Assembly (NCBI RefSeq): GCF_009914755.1
Contig: NC_060945.1
Direction: 5' to 3' (one strand)
Source of the DNA: the human T2T-CHM13v2.0 reference genome, Homo sapiens
Length of the DNA: 64,000 nt
In this document: positions 16,501 to 29,842 of the stretch, one piece after another
Position numbering within the stretch: the stretch's first letter is position 1
How the letters are laid out: every line of letters begins with the position of its first letter
The notes under the pieces: model-generated
What the model saw: the letters and a program-made list of their open reading frames with translations, nothing else
Databases searched by the model: none
What the model was told of the DNA's origin: nothing
Program-made: the position numbers and the translations under genes

Positions 16501-18983
16501 GTGATGTAACTCTTGTCTATATCTGCCTACTGGCGGCAATGTGGCATATTTCTGCACTGATCACCCAGGTGATTGACTCTTGTCTTGGATCTGCCTATGG
16601 TGGCATAGTGACATATCTCTGCTCTGATCACGCATATGATGTAACACTTGTCTAAGCTGTCCCTAAAGGGGAATTGCGACAGATATCTCCACTGATCAGC
16701 CAGTTGATATAACAATTTTCTGGGATTTGTCTACACGGGTCTTTTTGACATATCTTTGCACTGGTCACCCAGGAGATGTAATTGCTTTCTTGGTTCGGCC
16801 TACAGGAGCTTTGTGACATATTTCTGCACTGATCACCCAGGTGATGTAACTCTTCTTTAGGCTCTGCCTACAGGGGCTTTGTGACAAATTTCTGCACTGA
16901 TCACCCATGTGATGTAACTCTTGTCTAGGCTATACCTACAGGGGTTACTGTGATGTACATCTGCACTGATCACCCAGGTGATGTAACTCTTTTCTAGGAT
17001 CTGCCTACAGTGTGCTTTTTGACATATCCCTGCAGTGATCACCCAGGTGATGTACCACTTGTCAAGGCTCTGCCTACAGGGACATTGCGATGTATCTCTG
17101 CACTGATCACCTAGGTCATGTAACTATTTTCTAGGCTCTGCCTACGGTGGCATTGTGACAACTCTGCACTGATCACCCAGGTGATGGGACTCTTGTCTAG
17201 GCTCTGCCTACAGGGGCATTGTTACATATCTCTGCAGTGATCACGGAGTTGATGTAGCTCTTGTCTATATCTGCCTACTAGCGGCATTGTGGCGTATTTC
17301 TGCACTCATCACCCAGGTGATGGACTCTTATCTTGGATCTGCCTATGGGGGCATAGTGACATATCTCTGCACTGATCACTCATGTGATGTAACGTGTTTC
17401 TAAGCTTCGCCTAAATGGGAATTGTGACAGATATCTCCACCGATCACCCAGGTGATGTAACAATTTTCTGGGATTTGTCTACAGGGGGCTTTGTGACATA
17501 TCTTAGCACTGATCACCCAGGTGATGTAACTCTTGTCTAGGCTCCACCTACAGGGTGTATTGTGACGTATCTCTGCACTGATCACCCAGGTGATGTAACA
17601 TTTATCTAGGCTCTGGTGCGTTTTGACATAGCTCTGCACAGATCACCTAGGTTATGTAACTCTTGTCCACTCTCTGCCTACAGGGGGCATTGTGAAATAT
17701 CTCTGCACTTATCACCCAGGTGATGGGACTCTTCTCTATACTCTGCCTAGAGTTGGAACTGTGACATATCTCTGCACTGATCACCCAGGTGATGGAAGGC
17801 TTGTCTAGGCTCTATCTATGGGGGCATTGTGTCAAATATCTGCACTGATCACCCAGATGATGTAACTCTTTTCTAGGTCCTGTCTACAGGGATTTTTGTG
17901 ACGTATCACTGCACTGATCACCTAGGTGATGTAAGCCTTGTATGGGCTTTTCCTACAGAAGGCTTTGTGACATATCTATGCACTGATCTCTGAGGTGATG
18001 CAACTCTTGTCTAGGCACTGCCTACAGGGGACGTTGGTACATATCTCTGCACTGATCACCCAGGTGATGGACTCTTGTCTTAGATCTGCCCACATGGACA
18101 TTGTGACACATCTCTGACCTGATCAAACAAGTGATGAAACTCTTGTCTAGGCTCTGCCTACAGGGGCTTTGTGACACATCTCTGCACTGATCACCCTGGG
18201 GAGGGAACTCTGGTCTACGGTCTGCCTACAGGAGGCTTTATGACTTATACCTGCACTGATAAACTAGGTGATGTAACACTTGTCTAGACTCTGCCTTCAC
18301 GGGAATTCTCACATATCTCTGAACTGATCACCCAGTTAATGTAACTCATTTCTAGGTTCAGCCTATAGGAGCGTTTTGACATATCTCTGCACTGATCACT
18401 AAGGTGATGTAACCCTTGTCTTAGCTCTGCCTACAGGGGCATTGTGAAAGATCTCTCCACTGCTCACCCAGGTGATGTAACAATTGTCTGGGTTTTGCCT
18501 ACAGGGAACTTTGTGATATACATTTCCACTGATCAAACAGATGATGTAACCCTTGTCAAAGTTCTGCTTACAGGGGCTTTGTGACATAGCCCTGCACTGA
18601 TCACCCCAGGGAGGAAACACTTTTCTACACTCTGCCTACAGGAGGCTTTATGACTTATCCCTGCACTGATCCTTAGGTGATGTAATACTTGTCTGGGCTC
18701 TGTCTACAAGTGAATTTTCACATATCTGTACACTGATCACCTAAGTGATGTAACCCTTGTGTAGGTTCAGCCTACTGGGGATTTCTGACATACATATGCA
18801 CTGATCACCGAGGTGATGTAAATTATTTCCAGGCTTTTTGTACAGGGGACATTGTGATATATCTCTGCACTGATCACCCAAATGATGCAAATCTTCCCTA
18901 GACTCCGCAGGAAGAGGACATTGTGACATATTTCTGAACTGATCATCCAGGAGATGTAACTATTCTCCAGGTTTTGACTAAAG
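10542..18983 (-). repeat. Beta satellite block 2
   Basis: Tandem 68-bp monomers, same orientation as block 1. Confidence 0.97.
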
Positions 18984-19686
18984 AGCGTCAGAAGGTGTTG
19001 GGAGAGCCTCAGCCGGAATTTCACCAATGTACAAGGGCATAGAGAGGCCAGCGGGCTCCCTTGCACGTCAGCCGGGTTGTGCAATGAGCACAGGTCTAAC
19101 CAGGAGCCCGGCAAAGAGAGCTAGAGGTGTGCATTTCACCGCCAGGCGCTCCATGGTGGCAGCTGGGAGGCTGCAGGGGTACGGGCGGGCCGGCGACGGT
19201 GGCGAGGAGGAGTAGAGGAGGCTAGCCGCTGGAGGGGTGTCATGCTTGGATGCTGCACGGGCACGGTGTTTTGCGTGATGGGGGTGTCCACCCAGCCCAG
19301 GGGAGGTCCCATTTTTCGGGGGTGGTGGGTGAGGGTGGGAATGAGATGGCCAGGCGGGGGTTGTGTGGGGGAAAGGCATGAGAGCTCTGCCCGGGCTGCT
19401 CCCACTGCCCAGGTGTCTGCCCGTAAACCCGCGTGTGTGCAGTAGGTGGCCAACCTGCTGGTACCTGGGCCGGCTCTGCAATACCCGGGATGCCCAGGAA
19501 AGAATGGCAGTTCTCTGCTGTGTGGAGCCTCTCACCGGGCCTAGACCTAGAAGGCAGGAATCCCAGGCCAGTCAGCCCGGTGGAGGGGGCAGGGGTAAGA
19601 CAAGCCCCTCCATAGCCAGCCAGGTGTTCCGTGCGAAAGAGAGGCCACCGCCCTGCCCCAACCCGACCCCGTCCCAACCCCACGTC

Positions 19687-21146
<1,460 letters not shown>

Positions 21147-21754
21147 TGGGACAGCCCGCCCCACCCCGGAAGAGTCCCAGGGCGTCGAGGCCTGTGGCTG
21201 TTGGGTGGTGGGGTGGGGGGGGGGAGGGAGTGGTGATGGTAGTGGTTGGGCCGGAGACACGAAGAGGAAGTGGGCGAGGGTGAAGGGGTGAGGGTGCGTG
21301 TTTTGGGGGCTGGCTCTCCGGACCTCTCGAGGAATGCCAAGGGAACTTGAAGCCACTCTCTGGGCTCCCACGCGTCTTCAGCAGGGAGAAACCAGCCTGG
21401 GAGGGTGGAGGGGAGTGTGGAACTGAACCGCCGTGGGAGTCTTGAGTGTTCCTGGCCCTCTCTCCGTGAAGGAGGCAGTGCTTGTGGGTGTCGCCGTTGC
21501 CAGGACTGTCTCACACAGGCAGGCGTGTGGCTGTCGTTCATTTCCATGTAGGAGACCAAAGCGAGACCCCAGAGAGAAGATGCCTCCCCGGCGTGATGGC
21601 CTGACGATGGATTCCCGTGTGTGGCAATATGGGGATTCTGCAGTGTGGCCGGTTTGGAAACTGGCAAGGAGAGCGAAGGCACCATGCCGGTCTTCCACAC
21701 TTCCCTGCATGTTTCCGAATGCCCGCAGGGCTCCGGGAGCAAACAGTCAGCATG

Positions 21755-24700
21755 ACACATCTCTAAACTGATCGACAAAGTGAAGTAACACCTGTCTAGG
21801 CTCTGCCTACAGGGGCTTTGTGACATATCTCTGCAGTGATCACCCAGGTGATGGGACTTTTGTCTAGCCTCTGCCTATGGGGGCATTGTGACATATCTCT
21901 TCACTGATCACCCAGGTGATGTAACTGTTGTGTTGGATCTGCCTATGGGGGCATTGTGAGATATTTCTGCACTGGTCACCCAGGTGATGGGACCCTTGTC
22001 TAGGCTCTGTGTACGGGGGCTTTGTGACATATCTCTGCACTGATCACCCAGGTGATGTAACGCTTGACTAGGCTCTGTCTACGGGGCATAGTGACATATC
22101 ACTACATTGATCACCGAGGTGATGTAACTCTTGCCCAGACTCGGCCAATAAAGGGCCTTGTGACATATCTCTGCGCTGGTCACCAAGGTGATATAACAGT
22201 TGCTTACACTCTGGCTGCAGGGGCATTGTGAAATATCTCTGCACTGATCCCCCAGGTGATGGGACTCATTTCTAGGCTCTGCCTCCTGGGGGAATTGTCA
22301 TATATTTCTGCACTGATCACCCAGGTAACAGACTCTTGTCTTGGATTTGCCTATGGGGGCATTGTGACATATCTCTGCACTGATCACCCAGGTGATGTAA
22401 CCCTGGTCTAAGCTCTGCCTAAAGGGGCATTGTGACAGGTCTCTGCAATGATCACTCAGGTGATGTAACTATTGTCTAGGCTCTGCTTAAATGGGCCTTG
22501 TCACATATCACTGCACTGATCACCCAGGTGACGTAACTCTTGTCTAGGCTCTGCTTTCAGGTGGTATTGTGACATATCTCTGCACTGATCACATAAGTGA
22601 TGTAACAATTGTGTAGGCTCTGCCTACAGGGGCATTTTGACATATCTCTGCACTGTTAAACGAGGTGATGTAACTCTTGTCTAGGCTGTGCCCACAGGGG
22701 TATTGATACACGTCTCTGCACTGATCCCGAGGTGATCGAACTCTTGTCTGGTCTCTGCCTACTGGGGACATTGTGACATAACTCTGCACTGATCTCCCAG
22801 GTGCTGTAACTTCAATCTAGGCTCTGGCTACACGGCATTGTGACATATCACTGCACTGATCAACCAGGTGATATAACTCTTGTATAGGCTCTGCCTACAG
22901 GGGGTTTGTGACACATCTCTGCATTAATCACCCAGGTGATATAACTCTTCTCTAGGATCTGCATACAGGGTGCTTTGTGACATATCCCTGCAATGATCAC
23001 CCAGGTGATATACCACTTGTCAAGGCTCTGCCTACAGGGGCATTGTGACAGAACACTGCACTGATCACCCAGGTGATGGGACCCTTGTCTAGTCTCTTCC
23101 AACCGTGGCATTGTGACATATCTCTGCACAGATCACGCAGGTGATGTAAATCTTTTCTAGGATCTACCTACAGGGTGCTTTGTGACATGTCTCTGCAGTG
23201 ATCACCCAGGTGATATACCACTTGTCAAGGCTCCGCCTACAGGGACATTGCGATGTATCTCTGCACTGATCACCTATGTCATGTAACTCTTGTCTAGTCT
23301 CTGCCTACAGTGGCATTGTGACATATCTCTGCACTGATCATCCAAGTGATGTAACTCTTGTCTAAGATCTGCCTAAAGGGACTTTGTAACATAACTCTGC
23401 ACTGATCATCCAGGTGATGGGGCTTTTGTCTAGGCTCTGCCTAAGGGGGCATTGTGACAGATTTCTGCACTGATCACCCAGGTGACGGACTCTTGTCTTG
23501 GATCTGCCTATGGGCGCATTTTGACATACCTCTGCACTGATCACCCAGGTGATGTAACTATTGTATAAGCTCTCCCTACAGGGGAATTGTGAGAGATCTC
23601 ACCACTGATCACCCAAGTGATATAATTATTGTCTAGGCTTTGCCTACAGTGGGCTTTGTGACATACCATTGCACTGATCAGCCAGGTGATGTAACTCATC
23701 TAAGTTTTGTCTACAGAAGCTTTGTGACATATCTCTACACTGATCACTTAGGTGATGTAACGATTTTATAAGCACTGCCTACAGGGAATTTTGACAAATC
23801 TCTGCACTGATCACCTAGGTGATGTAACTCTTGTCTACCCTCTGCCCAGAGGGGGCATTGTGAAATATCTCTGCACTGATCACCCAGGTGATTCAACTCT
23901 TGTCTAGGATCTGGCTACAGGGGGTATTGTGAAATATCTCTGCACTGATCAACCAGGTGACGTAAATGTTGTCTAGTCTCTGTCTTGTCTATGCTCTGCC
24001 TACAGGGGCAATGTGACATATCTCTGCAGTGATCACGCAGGTGATGTAACTATTGTCTATATCTGCCTACTGATGGCATTGTGGCATATTTCTGCACTGA
24101 TCACCCAGGTGATGGACTCATGTCTTGGATCTGCCTATGAGGCATAGTGACATATCTCTGCACTGATCACTCATGTGATCAAACGCTTGTCTAAGCTGCG
24201 CCTAAAGGGGAATTGTGACAGATATCTCCACTGATCACCCAGGTGATGTAACAATTTTCTGGGATTTGTCTACTGGGGGCTTTGTGACACATCTTTGCAC
24301 TGATCACCCAGGAGATGTAACTCTTGTCTAGGCTCGGCCTACAGGTGTTTTGTGATATAGTTCTGCACTGATCACCCAGGTGATGTAACACTTGTCTAGG
24401 CTCCGCCTACAGGGGCTTTGTGACATATCTCTGCACTGATCACCCGGGTGATGTAACTCTTGTCTAGGCTCCACCTACAGGGGGTATTGTGACGTATCTC
24501 TCCACTGATCACCCAGGTGATGTAACATTTTTCTAGGCTCTGCCTACTGGGGCGTTTTGACATAGCTATGCACAGATCACCTAGGTTGTGTTACTCTTGT
24601 CCACTTTCTGCCTACAGGGGGCATTGTGAAATATCTCTGCACTGATCACCCAGGTAATGGGACCTTTCTCTTTACTCTGCCTAGAGGAGGATTTGTGACA

Positions 24701-27700
24701 TATCTCTGCACTGAACACCCAGGTGATGTGCCACTTGTCAAGGCTCTGCCTACAGGACATTGTGATGTATCTCTGCACTGATCACCTAGGTGATGTAACT
24801 CTTGTCTAGGCTGTTTCTACAGTGGCATTGTGACATATCTCTGCACTGATCATCCAAGTGAAGTAACTCTTGTCTAGTATCTGCCTAAAGGGACTTTGTG
24901 ACATAACTCTGCACTGATCATCCAGGTGATGGGCTTTTGTCTAGGCTCTGCCTAGGGGGCATTGTGGCATATTTCTGCACTGATCACCCAGGGGATGGAC
25001 TCTTGTCTTGGATCTGCCTATGGGGGCATTGTGACATATCTCTGCACTGATCACCCAGGTGATGTAACTGTTGTATAAGCTCTGCCTACAAGGGAATTGT
25101 GAGAGATCTCGCCACTGATCACCCAAGTGATGTAACTATTCTCTAGGCTTTGCCTATAGGGGGCTTTGTGACATACCTTTGCACTGATCAGCCAGGTGAC
25201 GTAACTAAGCTAAGTTCTGCCTACAGGAGCTTTGTGACATATCTCTGCACTGATCACTTAGGTGATGTAACACTTTTACAAGCACTGCCTACAGGGAATT
25301 TTGACGAATCTCTGCACGGATCATGTAGGTGATGTAACTCTTGTATACCCTCTGCCCAAAGGGGGCATTGTGAAATATCTCTGCACTGATCACCCAGGAG
25401 ATTCAACTCTTTTCTACGATCTGCCTACAGGGGGTATTGTGAGATATCTCTGCACTGATCAACTAGGTGTTGTAAATAGTTTCTAGGCTCTGCCTACAGG
25501 GGCGTTTTCACGTTTCCCTGAACTGATGACAAAGGTGACGTAACTCTTGCCTTGGCTTTGCCTACAGGGGACATTGTGACATACCTCTGCACTGATCACC
25601 CAGGTGATGCCACTCCTCTCTATGCTCTGCCTTCAGGGGACATTGTGACATATCTCTGCAATGATCACCGAGGTGATGTAACTCTTTTCTAGTCTCTGCC
25701 TACAGAGGGCGTTGTGACATCACTCTGCATGGATCACCCGGGTTATGTAACTCTGGTCTAGGCTCTACCTATAGGGGTATTGTGACTTATCTCTGCACTG
25801 ATCACCCAGGAGATGTGACACTTGTCTATGCTCTGCATAGAGGGACATTGGGACATATCTCTGCACTGATCACTGAGGTGATGTAAAAGTTGTCTAGGCT
25901 TTGCCTACAGTGGGATTTATGACATATCTCTGCACTGATCACCCAGGTGATGTAACTCTTCTCTAGGATCTGCCTACAGGGTGCTTTGTGACATATCCCT
26001 GCAATGATTACCCAGGTGATATACCACTTATCAAGGCTCTGCCTACAGGGACATTGCGATGTATGCCTGCATTGATCACCTAGGTAATGTAACTCTTGTC
26101 TAGGCTCTGCCTACAGTGGCATTGTGACAGATGTCTGCACTGATCACCCAGGTGATGCAACTCTTCTCCATGCTCTGCCTACAGGGGACATTGTGACATA
26201 TCTCTGCACTGATCACCAAGGTGATTCAGCTCTTCTTTATGCTCTGCCTTCAGAGGGCATTGCGAAATATCTCTGCACTGATCACTCAGGTGATGTAACT
26301 CTTTTCTAGTCTCTGCCTACAGAAGGCGTTGTGACTTCACTGTGCACGGATCACCCGGGTTATGTAACTGTTGTCTAGGCTCTGCCTATGGGGGCATTGT
26401 GACTTATCTCTGCACTGATCACCCAGGAGATGTGACTCTTGTCTAAGCTCTGCCTGGAGGGACATTGGGACATATCTCTGCACTGATCGCTCAGGTGATG
26501 TAAAATATTTGTAGGCTATTCCTACAGTGGGATTTATGACTTATCTCTGCACTGGTCACCCAGGTGATGTAACTCTTGTCTAGGCTCTGCTTACAGGGCG
26601 TATTGTGAGTTATCTCTGCACTGATCACACTGGTGATGTAACGCTTGTCTAGGCTCTGCCTACAGGAGCATTTTAACATATCACTGCACTGACAACCGAG
26701 ATGATGTAACTCCTGTATAGGCTTTGCCGACAGGGGGCATTGAGACATACCTCTGCACTGATCACCGAGGTGATGCAACTCTTCTCTATGCTCTGCCTAC
26801 AGGGGGCATTGTGACATATCTCTGCAATGATCATCCAAGTGATGTAACATTTGTCTAGGATCTGCCTCAAGTGGCTTTGTGACATAATTCTGCACGGATC
26901 ATCCAGGTGATGGGGATTTTGTCTAGGCTCTGCCTAAGGGGCATTGTGACATGTTTCTGCACTGATCACCCAGGTGACGGACTCTTGTCTTGGATCTGCC
27001 TATGGGGGCATTGTGACATATCTCTGCACTAATAACCCAGGTGATGTAACCGTTGTATAAGCTCTGCCTACAGGGGAATTGTGAGAGATCTCGCCACTGA
27101 TCACCTAGGTGATGTATCTATTGTCTAGGCTTTGTCTACAGGGGGCTTTGTGACATACTTTTGCACTTATCACACAGGTGATGTAACTCATCTAAGTTCT
27201 GCCTACAGGAGCTTTGTGACATATCTCTGCACTGATCATTTAGGTGATGTAACACTTTTATAAGCACTGCCTACAGGGAATTTTGACAAATCTCTGCACT
27301 GATCACCTTGGTGATGTAACTCTTCTCTACCCTCTGCCCAAAGGCGGCATTGTGAAATATCTCTGCATTGATCATCCAAGTGATTCAACTCTTGTCCAGG
27401 ATCTGCCTACAGAGATTATTGTGAAATATCTCTGCACTGATAAACTAGGTGATGCAATTCTTCTCTATGCTCTGCCTACAGGGGACATTGTGACTTATCT
27501 CTGCACTGATCACCCAGGAGATGAAACTCTTTTCTAGTCTGTGCCTACAGAGGGCGTTGTGACATCACTCTGCACGGATCACCCGGGTTATGTAACTCTT
27601 ATCTATGCTCTGTCTATGGGGGCGTCGTGACTTATCTTTGCACTGATCACCCTGGAGATGTGACTCTTGTCTAAGCTCTGCCTAGAGGGACATTGGGACA

Positions 27701-28099
27701 TATCCCTGCACTGATAGCTGAGGTGATGCAAAACTTGTCTAGGCTTTGCCTGCAGTGGGATTTATGACAAATCTCTGCACTGATCACCCAGGTGATGTAT
27801 CTCTTTTCAATACCCTCTGCTTACAGAGGGTATTGTGAGATATCTCTGCACTGATCACCCAGGTGATGTAACTCTTGTGTAGGCTCTGCCTACAGGGGCC
27901 TTTTCACATATCACTGCACTGATCACCGAGATGATGTAACTCTTCTATAGGCTTCGCTGACAGGGGGCATTGAGACATATCTCTGCACTGATCACCGAGG
28001 TGATGCATCTCTTGTCTGGGATGTGCTTACAGGGGGCATTGTGAAATATCTCTGCCCTGATCACCCAGGTGATGTAACTCTTGTCTAGGCTCTGCTTAC
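21755..28099 (-). repeat. Beta satellite block 3
   Basis: Tandem 68-bp monomers. Confidence 0.97.
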
Positions 28100-28103
28100 T
28101 GCA

Positions 28104-29508
28104 GTCGGAAGGTGTTGGGAGAACCTCAGCCAAAATTTCACAGATGGACAAGGGCACAGAGAGGCGAGCGACCTCCTTGCACGTCACAAGGGGTGCACAA
28201 TGAGAGCAGGTCTAGCCAGGAGGCTGGCAAAGAGAGCTAGAGGTCTGCGTTTCGCTGCCAGGCGCTCCATTGTGGCAGTTGGGAGGCTGCAGGTGCACGG
28301 GCGGGCTGGCGACGGTGGCGCAGAGGTGCACATGAGGCGAGCCACCGGAGGGGTGTCAGGACTGGACGCTGTGGGTTGCCCGTGTTTCGCGGGACAGGGG
28401 TCTCCGACCAGCCCAGGGGAGGATGCATTTTCCGGGGGTGGGGTTTGGGGTGGGGTGGGGGTGGTCAGGCGGGGGTGGGGTGGTGGAAAGGCATGAGTGC
28501 TCTGCCCTGGCTGCTCCCACAGCCCAGGCGGCTGCCCGCAAACCCACGCGTGTGCAGTAGGTGGCCCACCTGCTGGTACCTGGGCTGGATCTGAGATCCC
28601 CAGGATGCCCAGGAAAGAATGGCAGTTCTCCGCTGTGTAGACTCTCTCACCAGGCCTAGATCTAGAAGGCAGCAATCCCAGGCCGGTCAGCCTGGTTGAG
28701 GGAGCAGGTGGAAGACACGCCGCTCCATAGCCAGCCAGGTGTTCCCCGCGAAAGAGAGGCCACCGCCCTGCCCCGACCTGACCCCGTCCCAAACCCGCGA
28801 CCTAAAGTTCCTCCATCAGAGCCCGGCATTCTTCCTAGCTGAGTGGTGCTTCCAGCAAGACGGCCTCTTGCAAGACCTCCAGCTCCCCCAGGGCCTCCGA
28901 TTCTAGGAATGTTGCGCCTGCTGCAGAATCTCCGGGCTCACAAGGAGCTCATCCAGCAGCCCGGAGGGGAGTGCAGATGAGCACTCCAGCTCCTGGAGCA
29001 CCTGGGAGGGCGCCAGCAGGCCTTACATCTGCCCCTGCCGCACGGAGGCCTCCAGGGGCACGGGCAGGCGAGGTGGAGCTGCCCCGGCTTGGAGTTCCCC
29101 CGCAGCCCCGGTGACCTGCGGTCCCTAGCCCCTGCCCAACCACGGACTCCCCTGGGACGCGGGTGGCACAAGCACACCATGGCCCTGTGGCCCTGCTTGA
29201 GCGGGCCCAGGCTGTCCCACCGCCCAAGGGCCCCACAGGGCGTCACGCTGCAAGACCCGGCCCTCCCGGCTTTTGCCCGGTTGCGGAGGCAACCGAGGAG
29301 CCTGAGGGTGGGAGATCGCCCCTTCCGGAGGAGCAGGGGCGGCGTAGGCAAAATTCCCGCGTGCCGGGACAGGTTGGGAGATCCCTTCTGCCGGCGCGGC
29401 CTGGCTGGGCTGGAGCACGGGGACGGCCCTCGCTCCCTGGATCATGAAGCACCCTGTAGGAGAGCCCCAGGCACGCAGGGCACGTGGGGTGCCAGAAGCC
29501 CTATCCCC
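28104..29508 (-). repeat. D4Z4 fragment, copy 3a (3' half of DUX4-like, LSau, truncated pLAM)
   Basis: pLAM-like 28104-28241, then LSau/KpnI region and the DUX4 C-terminal half. Ends abruptly at the orientation switch. Confidence 0.92.
28802..29508 (-). pseudogene. DUX4L: DUX4-like 3' fragment lacking both homeoboxes and promoter
   Basis: ORF 29125-29445 [23 protein letters not shown]...SQGSPW, terminal TAG at 28804-28802, and an internal ATG-TAA at the MQG position. Confidence 0.9.
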
Positions 29509-29842
29509 GGAAAATGCATCCTCACCTGGGCTGGGTGTAGACCCCCATCCGCGAAATATCAGGCCCGCCCACCGTGCAGGCCTAACACACCTTCAGCGGC
29601 TCGCCTCCTCTGCGCCTCCCCGCCACCATCGCCAGCCCGCCAGTGACCCTGTAGCCTCCCAATTGCCACCATGGAACGCCTGGTGTCGGAATGCAGACCT
29701 CTAGCTCTCTTTGCCAGCCTCCTCACTAGACCTGCGCTCATTGCGCAACCCGGCTGACGTGCAAGGGAGCCCGCTGGCCTCTCTGTGCCCTTGTCCGTCC
29801 GTGAAATTCCAGCTGAGGCTCTCCCAACACCTTTCGATGCTC
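29505..29842 (+). repeat. D4Z4 distal fragment plus pLAM-like sequence, copy 3b (inverted relative to 3a)
   Basis: CCCCGGAAAATGCATCCTC... is the diverged reverse complement of 28104-28437. pLAM-like 29700-29842. Confidence 0.92.
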
